DNA of 64,000 bases from contig CM052816.1 of assembly GCA_028534125.1 (NCBI GenBank), positions 86,802,001-86,866,000 on the forward strand. The letters run 5' to 3'. The stretch is from Lama glama (Eukaryota). This document shows positions 26,966-40,495 of the stretch, piece after piece; positions within the stretch are counted from its first letter, which is position 1, and every line of letters begins with the position of its first letter. The notes under the pieces are model-generated. The model worked only from the letters and a program-made list of their open reading frames with translations. It ran no database searches and was not told the origin of the DNA. The position numbers and the translations under genes were made by a program.

Positions 26966-27499
26966 TGGTACCTACATGCTGGACAAAACTCAAAGCATAA
27001 CCACACATGGAAAGTCTTTTACATTGTATTATCTGTGGTCATTATTCCATTAATGTAATGGAGTTTTAGTGAAGCTTGTTCATGCATATATTACATTCAT
27101 TTCTTTTTTATAATTTATCATTTATAAATATACTTATTTTGCCTCATTCTTTTTAGTTGCCCATATGATTTCCAATAATTACATATTACATATATGTTCA
27201 GGATTATCAATATATTATTTTATTGTAATGATCAGACACTAAAGCCAAATCAAATAAAATTTTAAAAACTTAAATTTCTAACAAATTATGCAAGAAGCAA
27301 GACAAATTCAAAAATAAAATCATGTGTAAATAGTAAAATGATGGTTAAGTTTCAGAGGCATCCATATTTGCTGATTACGGATTGGAGTTCCACTGTATTT
27401 ATTTAAATATTTAATTATGTACAATCCTATTATTTCAGGTAAGATGAATAAGGGTAATAACATGAATAGATTTTTTTCCTTTATTGCAGGGGAAGCTTC

Positions 27500-27667
27500 A
27501 GGGATAAGGAAAGAAGGAAAGAAGGAAGGGAGGGATGGAGGAAAGAAGGGAGAGGGGAGATAGGAGAGAGTAAAGGGAGGAAGACAAGAAAGAGGGAGGG
27601 AAGGGAAGCAGGAGAGAGAAAAAGGAAGACTGGGAAAAAGGAAGAGGAAAAATAGAAGGAAGAAAAT
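27500..27667. repeat. GA-rich low-complexity tract
   Basis: ggaa/ggga-type purine run. Confidence 0.85.
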
Positions 27668-28609
27668 CTTACATCAGTGAGTCACATATATCATCAAACA
27701 TTAGAAAGATGTGGAAAAATAAGTGACAATATTAGTATCAGCTACTTTAAGGGTTTTGGATTACAGTAGCAACAGACTATCATTTGTTTCATGTTTCATG
27801 TTTTAAAATTTATTTTATCATGTTGTATTAAAAATATCTGCCCAATTTGTTTCTTTTGAGTTATCTTTAATTATGTATATATTCAATTGTCTGGAAAATA
27901 TACATATGAGGTTTATCTAAGACTAGATACCACTAAAAAGATTTATCTAAGACTAAATACCACAAAAACTTATATTTTTCTAAACTATATGAATAAATAT
28001 ATTTTACTGAACCTTTAAATATTTACTAAGTGTTCTTAACATATTTATCCTATTTACTTGTTATAGACAAATAGTATTAAAGTTGTTTTTTATTGAACTG
28101 TATTTCTGTGAGTTTCTTTAATTATTTTAATAATTTATAATTATATATTTTTGGAGATAGTTCATCTGGTACACACATAATCTTGACTTATATTTTTTCC
28201 ATAATTTAGTTTATTCACTTTAATTTACATAAAATGCCTCACACAATATTTAATACCTATTGTCTTCAATGCTACTTGATATAATATTAATATTTATTGA
28301 GTTCTTTCTTTTGCTTCTTGTTTTTCTGATTCATACTTGCTTCCCCTTCCTTCTAGTATACTTTTGGATTTCAGTCTTGTAGCACAACCTTGGTAATTGT
28401 TAAAGATTTTGAAATTATGGGTAAACATTCTTAAAACTATACATCATACATAAGGTACCACTATGCTAAAATACACTTACTTCATCTACCACTAAGAGCA
28501 AAAACATTGGCAATGAAACTGTAAGAAAATAACTTCTCATTCCTGCATTTTTCTTAAACAACATTGTCTTCTGGACCATCAAAGGTTATTTGTGAAGCAT
28601 TATTTCTTC

Positions 28610-31056
28610 CCCACTCCAGCTTTACAGAAATATAATTAACAAATAAAAATTATATATATTTAAGGTATACAACATGATTTTTTGATATACATTGTGAAGT
28701 AATCATCACAATCAAGCTAATTAACATATTTATCACCTCACGTTAACATTTTTTTTTTTTTTGGTGCTCAGAACACGTCACCCTAATCAACCAGCAAATT
28801 TCAAGTATCCAGTACAGAATTGTTAACTACAGTCATATTTCTGTAACTTAGATCTCCAGATCTTATTAATCTTGCATAACTGAAAATTTGTAACCCTTAA
28901 TCAACAGCTCCCTTTTCATATGCTAGTCCCTGGTAACCGTCATTCTACTCTCTGCTTCTATAAGTTTGACAATTTAACATTCTACACATATGAGATAATG
29001 CAATATTTGTCCTTCTCTGTCTGACTAATTACTTCACTTAGCATAATGCCTTCCAGTTGACCGTTCTCCAGATAACCAAAATGTCATCCTGTCATCCATG
29101 TTGCCACAAATAGCAGGATTTCCTTGTTTTTAAAGGCTGAAAATATTCCATTTTATATATATATATATCACTTTTTCTTTATTCACTCATCCATCGATGG
29201 ATGTTTAATATGCTTCTATACCTTAGCTATTGTGAGTAATGCTGTAGTGAACATGGATTGCAGATACCTCTTCAAGGCAATGATTTCATTCCCTTTGGAT
29301 ATGTACACAGAAGTGGGATTGCTGGACTGTATGACTGTTCTATTTTGAAATTTTCCAAGAACCTCCATACTTGTTTTCCATAATGAATGTGCTAATTTAC
29401 ATTCTCACCAATAGTATACAAAGGTTCCATTTTCTCCATATCCTTCTTCAGGTATTCCTATCTCTTGTCTTTTTGATACTAGCTATTCTAACAGGTGTAA
29501 GATGATGTCTCATTGTGATTTTGATTTGCGTTTCCCTGATGACTGGTAATGTTCAGCTCCTTTTCATATAACTCCTTGCCATTTGTATGTCTTTTGAGAA
29601 ATGTCTGAGTCCTCTGTTCATTTTAAAGTCAGACTATTTGCTCTGTTGCTATGCAGTTATATGAAGTCCTGGAATATTTTGTATATTAAACCCTTACCAA
29701 TATATGGTTTGCAAATATTTTCTCTCATTTGCCTTTTCACCCTGTTGACTGTTTCCTTTGCTGCGTAGAAGCTTTTTAGTTTGATGCAATCCTGCTTATC
29801 ATCTTTTGCATTTGTTGCCTACGCTTTTGGAGTCATACCCAAAAAAATAACTGACCACACTAACGTCAATAAACTTTTTCTCCATACCTTCTTTTAGTAG
29901 TTTTGTTGTTTCAGGTTGCATGTTTACATCTTTAATCCACTTTGAATTGTTTTTTGTATATGGTATGAGATAAGGATTCAGTTTGAGTCTTTTATATGTG
30001 ACTATCCAATTTTTCCAACATCATTTATTGAAGAAGTAATTCTTTCCCCATTTATATGTTCTTGGCACACAATTTTGAAGATGAATTGACCATAAATTTG
30101 TGGATTTATTTCTGGGTTATCCAATCTGTTCCACTAGTCTATATGCCTGTTTTTAGGTGAGTCTATACTGTTTTGATTGCTGTAACTTTATAATTTATTT
30201 TGAAATCAGGAATTGTGATGCCTCCAGATTTGTTCTTCCTGCTTAAGACTGCTTTGATTATTCTGGGTCTTTTGTGACTACATAGGATTTTTAGGATTGT
30301 CTTTTTTTATTTCTGTAAAGAATACCATTGGGATTTTGATAAGTATTGCACTGAATGTGCAGATCATTTTGGGTAGTATGGACATTTTAACAAAATTACT
30401 TTTTCCATGAACATGGAATGTCTTTCCATTTAGCTGTGTCTTCTTTAATTTTATTAATGTTTTATAATTTTCAGTAAGCAAATCTTTCACCTTTATGGTT
30501 AGGTTTATTCCAAAGTATTTTGTTCATTTTTTGCTATTTTAAATGGGATTGTTTTAAAATTCCTTTTCAGATAGTTCATTCTTTGCACATAGAAAAATGA
30601 CTGATTTTTGTAGGTTAATTTTGTAACCTGCAATATTACTAAATTGATTTATTAGTTCTCACAGTTATCCTGTTGAGTCTCTAGGATTTTCTACACATAT
30701 GATCATGTCATCTGCAAAGAGAGGTAATTTTGCTTTTCTTCTGAATTGGATTCCTATTTTTCCTTGTTTAATTCAGTTGGCTAAGAATCACAGTACTATT
30801 TAAATAGAAGTGGAAACAGTGGGCATCTTTGGGCTTCTTAGAGGAAAAGCTTTCTTTCTTTTCTCCAATGACCATAATGTTAGCTGTGGGCTTTCCATAT
30901 ATAGACTTACTGTGCTGAGGTGCATTCCTTCTATACCTATTTTGTTGAGAGTTTAAAAAAAAATTTTGTCATTGGTGGATGTTGAATTTTCTCTAAAGCC
31001 TTTTCTACATCTATTGAGATGATCTTTTTTTAAAAAAATTCTGTTAGTGTTGTAAA
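28610..31056 (-). mobile_element. 5'-truncated LINE-1 (L1MA-like), about 2.45 kb, with TSD
   Basis: Continuous L1 3'UTR plus ORF2 (MKDLLTENYKTLIK..). Flanked by tgtgaagcattatttcttc (28591-28609) and tgtgatgcatcatttcttc (31057-31075), 17/19 identical. Confidence 0.93.
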
Positions 31057-32757
31057 TGTGATGCATCATTTCTTCAAAAAGCTCTCCAGTACTGTTTCAA
31101 ACATTTTCTTCAAATGTGAAAACTCTTATCCAACTGTTAAAGTTGGTTATAATATTATGTAATAAAAGTTAAGTGACAGTTTAATTAAATGTAAGTGGAA
31201 TCACTGATGCATATATTTCAGTTGAGCTGAGGAAACAGTAACAGTCATAAGCAATTTTACACATGTTAGGGCAATGCCAACAAGAATGGCTACAACCTGG
31301 CCAACAGTAATCATTAAACTTGTCTTGGTTTGGAAAAATTTACAATATGAAAAAAGTCTTAAAATTCATAAAATACAGAACATGAAAATGCCATTAAATG
31401 GATAACATCTATGCAAACCGACTATAAATATAAGGGTTAATGTTTTTGCTTATGTTTAGCTTATATACTGACTAGATTCACTTGGCATTTTATACCACTT
31501 TTAAGCAGACTTCTCTCAAATTATAAATAAAGTAATTCCAAAGCCACAATATGGATTTCTTGTTTAAAAAAATTAATGTTGCAGATTTCTATGGCATTCT
31601 TCCTAGATTTCCCAACAAGACAGACTTCATTCCTCCATCTTCTAGTACTGACAATCTTAATCTAAGTCCTTCTCCAGGAACTGCCTTCCAGGGTAGCCTG
31701 CAGTCCATAATTGTTTAAGCACAATGCTTGCTTTACCTCAAAATATAAAGCAGCATCTAGCTTCTCCCTTTCACACTGGGGGACACATTTTAAAACTGGT
31801 AACAGCCAAGAACAAAATGACTCTTGAAATAGAACTAGAAATCCGTATAAGATGCACAAGCCAAACTTGGATTCAATTATACCACTGGGGAGACATAAAA
31901 GTGCCTATTTCAGAAATGGCATATACAGAAGAGCAGATGTCTTGATGATAGTCATCAAACAGATTTCATGTTTATAGTACACAAAAGTATTAGCTGCTAC
32001 TGTATAAAAAATAAAAAGACAAAATATGCCACAGCACTTGAATAAAAATAAATATACACATTTATTTTCCTTTAACCTCAGAATCTACATGTTGCATGCT
32101 GCCTGCTCTAACTGATCACGAAAAACTCAAATCTAGAACCTGCTGGCAGAGCTATTCAATACTTTCACTCCTACACCAAATAATTATGAGTATTTGTAAA
32201 GCTTAATTACAGGACCTTTTCTATTCAAAGTCTGAGGTAATGCACGACTAAATATAAATTGATCATATTTAATAAAGTTTGCTTTGCTTATAATGAAAAT
32301 ATAAAGAAATACTGTAGTACATATTATAAATCACGTAATTTACTGCCTCTCTCTAACAATTAGCTACCAATAGTGTTATTTTCCAGGGGAGGATTGAGAA
32401 GTACCTGTATATTTAAAAAATCAAATAAAAACTTTATCTATAATTTTGTACAGGGTAACGTGTTCTACATTACTTTAAATAAAATCAACCTATTTACCTT
32501 TTATTCTTTATGACACGAAACCATTGTTGCTTTGTTGTGTCCCCTAAATAGCTCATGTATTTAACAGTATCTAATAGTTCTATCTCTCTGATTTCCTCAG
32601 TGCCGGTTCACCTATCAGTTTTTGGGAAATTAGTATGAAGCTGAATATAAACTAACTTTATTAATGAGGTAAGTGATCAGCCTCAGGAGTTGATTAACAA
32701 TGAATGCTTCAGTAATGCTCCAGAATTGCCTGTACTTTTAATGAAGTTTAATAAAAC

Positions 32758-33222
32758 TGCATCAGTTAACTACTGTTACATAAAACCACCTAACATCCGG
32801 TGGCTTGAAACAACATTTATTATTGTTAATGCATCTGCTTGTCACTGAGGGGTTGCTGCTTAAAATGGAACTTGGCTGGGGCAGTTCAGCTGTGGTGGTT
32901 CTGACACACCTGGCTACCTCCCCCTTCTTGTTCCACCATCCTCCCATGGTGATGTCAAGAGTGCAAGCAAGCTAATGGAAAGATAAGACTTTTTCTGATC
33001 TCAGCTTGGATTGAATGCCCTAAAAGTTTGATTCTTCTCACATATCATTGTCCTTAGCAAGACACTGGGCCAAGCACAATGCCAAGGGACTCTGTCCACA
33101 ATGTGGCTATGACAAGGCTATGGATAAGACGAGGATTGGAGGATGGGAGTCAAGAATCCCACCCACCACACATGCACACAAACAATAACAGAAAAAAAAA
33201 AGGAATATTACTCCACTATTAC
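32758..33222 (-). mobile_element. MaLR LTR (MLT1-like)
   Basis: tgcatcagtta..ctgttacataaaaccacctaacatccggtggcttgaaacaacatttattatt, a typical MLT1 terminus. Confidence 0.7.
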
Positions 33223-33269
33223 AGTTTTTGTTTGTTTTTTTTCCCAATATTTATCACTGACTTTGTAAA

Positions 33270-34592
33270 CTGAAATATGGTCAGTTGCAATGTGTCAATC
33301 TTTGGTGTACAGCACAATGTCCTAGTCATACATATACATACATATAATCATTTTCATATTCTTTTTCATTAAAGGTTATTACAACATATTGAATATAGTT
33401 CCCTGTACTACAGAGAAGAAATTTGACTTTTATCTATTTTTATATATGGCAGTTAATATTTGCAAATCTCAAACTCCCAAATTAATTTTTTCACACCCCT
33501 TTTCCCTGGTAAGATTGATTACTATGTCTGTGAGTCTGTTTCTGTTTTGTAGATGAGTTCATAGTGTCCTTTATTTTCTTTTTTTTAGATTCCACATATG
33601 AGTGACATCATATGGTATTCTTCTTTCTCTTTCTAGTTTACTTCACTTAGAATGACAATCTCCAGGTCAATCCATGTTCCTGCAAATGGCATTATTTTAT
33701 TCTTTTTTATGGCTGAGTAGTGTTCCATTGTATAAATAGACCACAGCTTCTTTATCCAGTCACCTGTTGATGGACATTTAGGTTGCTTCCATATCTTGGC
33801 TATCATATGTAGTGCTGCTATGAACACTGAGGTACATGTATCTTTTCAAATTAGAGTTCCTTCTGGATATATGCCCAAGACTGGGATTGCCAAATCATAT
33901 GGTAAGTCTATTTTTAGTTTTTTTGAGGAATCCCCATACTGTTTTCCATAATCGCTGCATCAAACTACATCCCCACCAACAGCGTAGGAGGGTTCCCTTT
34001 TCTCCACAGCCTCTCCAGCATTTATCATTCATGGACTTTTGAATGATGGCCATTCTGACTAATGTGAAGTCATACCTCATTACAGTTTTGAATTGCATTT
34101 CTCTGATAATTAGTGATATTGAACATTTTTTCATATGCCTATTGATCATTTATATGTCTTCAATGGAGAATTGCTTGTTTAGGTCTTCTGCCCAGTTTTG
34201 GATTGGGTTGTTTGTTTTTTTCTTTTTAAGTTGCATGAGCTGTTTATGTATTTATCTGTCACTCGCATCATTTTCAAACATTTTCTTCCATTCTGTAAGT
34301 TGTCATTTTGTTTTGCTTATGGTTTCCTTTGCTGTGAAAAAGTTTATAAATTTAATTAGGTCCCACTTGTTTATTTTTGCTTTTATTTCTATTGCCTGGG
34401 TAGACTGCCCTAGGAGAACACTGCTAAGATTTATGTCAGAGAATATTTTGCCTATGTTTTCTTCTAGGAGATTTATTGTATCTTATCTTATATTTAAGTC
34501 TTTAAGCCATTTTTGAGCTTATTTTTGTGTAAGAAGTGAAGGAGTGTTCTAACTTCACTGATTTATATGCTGCTAGCCAGTTTTCTCAACAC
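33270..34592 (-). mobile_element. Relatively young 5'-truncated LINE-1
   Basis: ORF2 peptides [37 protein letters not shown] and [27 protein letters not shown]; cetartiodactyl-type 3'UTR. Confidence 0.93.
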
Positions 34593-35796
34593 TCTTTAAA
34601 AAAAATCTTAGGTTTACTCTAATTTTATTGAAAATGCCACATACTTATTTTCCATAATGTATTTTTTCAAATTGAAAGAAAAGTCATTTGTAATCAAACC
34701 TAAGAATTCTAAATTTTATCATTTTATATATCAATAAGAAAAAATGTTTTCAGTTTAATTTTGACACCACATGTATTACAAGCTACAATCTGACTTCAGA
34801 TATGTTAAAATAATTTTTTTTAAAGCTTTATAAGTGAATAAAATATGCCCTTTATAAAATGTGGTCTTTTCTACATTTAGAGGATTTTTTTTCCCTTGGA
34901 TTTATTCATTTTTTTACTTCACCTAAATTCAAAAAGTCCTTTTTTCCTTCAGTTTTTACTCTGCATTTTAGAAGAAATGCCAAGACATCTAGCATTAGAA
35001 AATAAGAAAATTGTTGCAGCTTCCTAACATTCCTGATTTTCACCTGGATTTATATATTTTAAAATAAATTATCTTACATTTCTCTATTTATAGTAAATTC
35101 TTACATTGAGAAACATTATATGTATTACATACACTTAATATATATATATTTAAAAACCTCTTAAAAAACAATTAAAATTTGCTTCTAAGAGACAAGAGTA
35201 ACCTACAGTTGAGGATGCCGTTTCAGGTCAATATTATTAAAAAGGAGAAGACAAAATGGACCAAAGACTACCTATTACATTTATGTAAAAGTTTTGTCCA
35301 TAGAAAGCCCTGAAGGTTACAAAGTGTCTTCTTATCTGCTTTTCTTTGAAGATCTTGGAAAATTTTCCTTGTGATGCTTATTTAATAAGAAGAAAGAGGA
35401 AAAAATATGAGAAAGGTGGAAAGAAGTGGACTCTGTCTGAGTGAAGATTAAAGCTTCAGTTTATCCGTAGATCTTGGGCTGCATTCAGTTGAGATCAGAG
35501 AAAAAAACAAAAAGTAATTTTCATTGCTAGAAAATCAATTTAACAATTTTTCTAATTTACCTTTTGATATTTTAGCTTTTATTATCTTCCTTCCTCTGAT
35601 ATATATTTATTAAGATGGGTGTCCTCAATTTTGTTGGAATTTCAGAATCTCATTGGGTCACTGTAAAAACAATAAGCCACTGTGACATATATTCTGCCAA
35701 CCTGTGGTGTGGGCACTGGAGCAGCTAGTGCATCACTGTCATTGACCAATGCCCCCTACCTTAGATAAGTAGATTTTACCTAAGGTAAATTCTCAG

Positions 35797-37513
35797 GGTT
35801 TTCTTCCTCTAGTTTTATTGAGGTATAACTGACAAATAAAATTTGTCACACACATCCATTGTGAAATGATTACCACACATCCATTGTGAAATGATTACCA
35901 CAATCAAGTTAATTAACACATCCATAATCTCATAAAGTTACCTTTCTTGTTTGTGGTGAGAATGCCTGATTTACTCTCTTAGCAAATTTCAAGTACAAAA
36001 TACAGCATTATTAACTAGAGTCACCATGTTATACATTAACTTCCCAGAACTTACTCATCTTACAACTGAAAGTTTGTACCCTGTGACTAACATCTCTTTC
36101 TTTCCCTGACTCTTCAGCCCCTAGCAACCAATATTCTACTCTGTTTGTATGGGTTCAATTACTTTTTAGATTCCACATAAGAATGAGATCATACAGAATT
36201 TTTGCTTCTCTGTCTGGTCTTTTTAACTTACCATAATGTCCTCCAGATTTATCCACATTGTTGCAAAAGGCAAGATTTACTTCTTTCTCATAGCTGAATA
36301 ATATTCTATTTTGTGTGTGTATATATATATATATATACACACACACACATTACTTTTTTATTCATTCATCTGTTGATGAACACTTCAGTTGTTTTCATAT
36401 CTCAGCTATTGTGAATAATGATGCAATGAACACTGAAGGTAGGTATCTCTTCAAGGTACTGGTTACGTTTCCATTGGATATACATACAGAAATGGGATTG
36501 CTAGATCTTACTGTAGTTCTGTTTATAATTTTTTGAGAGATTTTTATATTGATTTTCATAGTAGCTGTACAAGTATATATTCCACCAGCAGTGTAAAAGA
36601 CTCCCCCATTCTCAGCATTCTCGCTAGCACTTACCTATTGTCTTTTTGATAATAGCCATTCTAACAGGTGTGAAGGGACATAGCATAGCTTTGATTTTCA
36701 ATTCCTGGGTGATTAGTAGTGTTGAGTATCTTTTCATGTACCTGCTGGTCACTTGTATATCTTTTTTGAGAGATGTCTAGGTCCTTTGTTATTTTTTAAT
36801 TGGGATATTATTTTTTGTATTGAGTTGTATGAGTTCCTTATGTATATTTTCCATTAACCTCTCATCAGATATATGATTTGTAAATATTTTCTCTCATTCC
36901 ATGAGTTGTCTTTTCATTCTATTGTTTATTTTGCAGAAGTTTTTTAGTTTTATGTAGTCCTTTTTTTTTTTTAAGTTTTGCATTTGGTGCCTGTGCTTTT
37001 GGTGTCAAACCCAGAACAAAATTACTGCAGGGACAATGTCAAGCAGCTTCTTCCTTTTCTTCTAGGAATTTAATGGTTTCAAGCTTTAAGTCTTGAATGC
37101 AATTGTAGTTAATTTTCTAAGTGGTATAAGATGGGGTATAGTTTCATTCTTTCACATGTAGATATCCAGTTTTCCCAACTCCATTTATTGAAAAGAGTGT
37201 CCTTTCCTTACTATGTATTCCTCACGCCCTTGTCAAAGATTAGTTGACTGTATAAGTGTGGATTTATTGCTGGTATCCCTATTATGTTCATGAATTTGAA
37301 AAATTAATATCGTTAAAATGTTCATATGACCCAAAACAGTCAACAGATCCATAAAAACCCTAACAAAACTGCAAAGGCATTTTTCACAGAAATAGAAAAA
37401 AATCCTAAAATTTAATGGAACCATAAAGGACCCCAAATAGCTGAAACAATCTTGAAAAAGAAGAACTACGCTGGAGACGTCACTCTCTGATTTCAAACTG
37501 TATTACAATGCTC
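35797..37513 (-). mobile_element. LINE-1 (L1MA-like) with inverted 5' segment (about 37283-37513 on plus) and TSD
   Basis: Minus-strand L1 to about 37282, then a plus-strand upstream ORF2 piece; flanks aaggtaaattctcag (35782-35796) and agggtaaattctaag (37514-37528), 13/15. Confidence 0.9.
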
Positions 37514-38534
37514 AGGGTAAATTCTAAGCTTTGAAGGACAATATATTTCCACAGAAAGTTTGAGAAACAAGAAAATAAAAATTACTGTAGAAGTTACGTA
37601 TCTTGAAATTGCTCATGCTCCTGTGTCTCTTAGCTGTCTGGTTATATTCAGGGCACTATGTTGATTCTAACTAAATTCTGTATGATATTTCACTCTGATA
37701 CATGATAGAATTTGTTTGGGACATTCACATTCACGTCATTCTAAGCATATCCTGTACTGATAGCATGCACGAGTCCAACTGGTTACAGGTCAAACCCAAT
37801 ATCAAGAGAAGAATTGAATTTATTGACAAATTCTTCACTACAGTGAAAATAATTAGCTAAAATACTCAAGATCAGTTTAGTGACTCAGAAACAAATTGGC
37901 TCAGCTTTGTTAAAAAATAATACATTTACAATGTTATTTTTAAATGATGTGAATCTTCTCCAGGGACTAATCTAATGGGCTCCTTAGCTGATTTTGGTTA
38001 TTGATGACCACACCTGGTTTCTATTCCCTTTACTGTCACAGTTCATTCCTGATTAGGCTGCCTACTGGAGTCTCATTGCCAAGTCTAGAAAACAAATTGA
38101 TAAGCATAAGTATCTTCTAGTTCCAAATTCAAGTTACCATATACATAGTTTGCACTACCAGCCCAAGGGAGCGCTGTCCAGGTACTGATTTTGGGCTGTC
38201 TTCATGCTTACTTTCTCACATCCTAATCACCTCAACTAAACAGAAACAGCACTGCTTATTGAAGTGCTGCAGCTAAGAATACTTTTAAACAGTTCTTCTT
38301 ATCATGTATTTTCTAACTATATGGTTGAGGTTGGACTTCTCAATTTCATACTGTATACATTTTCCCTTTCTTATTGAGTATGACTGATGCATCAACTTGG
38401 TATTAGAAGAATTTTTTCAAAGCTCCTTCCAACCATCCTGTCAAGAGAGGAAGTTGTATCTTGCTTCCTCTTCACAGACACAATCAAAAATATTATTTGC
38501 CCTGCTGCAGATTTCAACCATTACCTGAATTTCC

Positions 38535-38780
38535 TAATAATAAGTAATATGTAGTGAGTGCTTTCTATTTTCCAGACACTGTTCTTATTATTTTGCATGA
38601 ACTGTGCAATTAAATTCACAAATAGCTCTATATATTTGGTACTGTCTTTTCTCAAATTTTATACAAGTACCTAAGACACATAAAAGTTAGGTCACTTGCT
38701 ACATGTAATGAAGTTAATAGTCAGTGGAAGCAGAGTTTGAAACAGATACCACCATCTTAAATAATATGTAACGGTGCCTC
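38535..38780 (-). mobile_element. MIR SINE
   Basis: taataataagtaatatgtagtgagtgctttcta..ccagacactgttct..aagttaggtcacttgct..gcagagtttgaaacaga. Confidence 0.7.
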
Positions 38781-40456
38781 TTCATACATTTAAATAAAAG
38801 TATTTTTGGCATCAATTACTTCAAAATCTTTCAAAAATTTACACTTCTCAGAAAGTGGGCTTTGTTTAAATTGGGTAACTACTCAGTTTTAATTCATTTA
38901 TTCTACATTCCTTTTATTTTTTGAATTTTTACCAAATAATTTAGATATATTTCTGTTATTCTTTCGATTTTTTAGGCTATTATTTTTTTAGCAAATCTTT
39001 CATATGGAGGTCACTCAAGCTCTTTGATAAATTCAGCATCATGCCACATGCACATAGTACATTTAATTATAAAAATGTTCAAGAATGCTAGATAAATATC
39101 ACTTTTTATATTCCTAATTTAACACTGATACAAAACTATTGTTTTGTCTTCATCAACGTTGTTAATAAGATGTCTTAAAAAAAATCACACTGAAAAGACC
39201 ATGAAGAACTATTACTGAAGTTCTTAAGGACAAAGATGGAGAGGTGGATAATAGAAATGTCAGGTTATTCTTTTTCACTGCTAGAAAATTATTTATGTAA
39301 TTTATTAAATATGCACTGAATACTTACTCTACTTATTTATCTGACTCTCACTGTGCTTCAGTAGGCCACTGGAGAGTAATTACATCATCGTATGCTAAAA
39401 ATCCAGGTGCCATTATGCTTTATTCCTATGGGAGGGGCCAATTTACCACAAATTTTATTTGCCAAATGCTTTTGATAATACTGCTTTGAACTAATTCTCT
39501 CTTTAACTGATAAAAAGTTAAAATAGACAGATACACAAAGTTTTAGAGGTAAAAATTAATTTTCAGTTCAAATATTTTTCTTTATAAATGTGCACTGCAT
39601 TTTCTTACATTCTTTACTGTTATGTCATTATGCAAGTACATTTCTCCTAATTATATCTTCCTATCATTATTTACAATGTATTGAAACTAGTATCACCTAT
39701 TTTGGAAAACAAAAAGGATAAAAATAAACAAGTAGATGATTATATAATTAAGAAGGATTTAAATTCATTATTTAATATGGATATGTAGGATAGGGGAATG
39801 AAAATAGGGCTAAGATGGGGAGAAGTAAGAATAAGGAGGAAGCAAGTAACAAATTTCAAACTGTACAAAAATAAAATAGGCCTATTTATTGTGATCCCAT
39901 TTATTTAAGAACATATATAAAATCTGTATCTATTTATATATTTTAAAGAATATGAAAGAATAAAATATATAATTGTACAAATGTATGCTGTAGTCTTTGT
40001 AATCTCCCCCAATAAAGCACTAATTTTTGCAATCTACAAAATCTCTACAATCTTTTTTTAGATAAGAAATTTATGTTCTTATATTTTTAATAAACAGTAA
40101 TTTCATTCAGATAAATCAGTTCATAGAAAATTAGTGTAAGTATATCTTACACCTATTGGATAAATAAAAGATCAATAATGGATAATTTTCGCTGATATGT
40201 AATAATGTATTAATGTGTTTTGGCAAAGATTAAGGTTTTCAGAAAAATATCTGCCCTTCAGCCAAAAATAACTCCAACTCAGAGAACAAACCAAAGCCAT
40301 TTCTGAGAAATGTACTGAAAAATGCAGTGTACTCTATACAGACTACATTTCAAATCATGGACTGTCCTTAACTCCAACATTAAATGGATCTATACAGTAA
40401 CATATCAGAAATACATATTGTTCGAAATGTAGTAACAAACTAGATGGTACACTGTC

Positions 40457-40459
<3 letters not shown>

Positions 40460-40491
<32 letters not shown>
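40460..40491. repeat. (CA)n microsatellite
   Basis: Direct inspection. Confidence 0.95.

Positions 40492-40495
<4 letters not shown>

Noticed and set aside
34043..34516. 157-aa plus-strand ORF
   Set aside because: Antisense frame of L1 ORF2.
37760..37777. tagcatgcacgag motif resembling a tRNA-derived SINE
   Set aside because: Flanks lack A/B boxes and a tail; probably chance.
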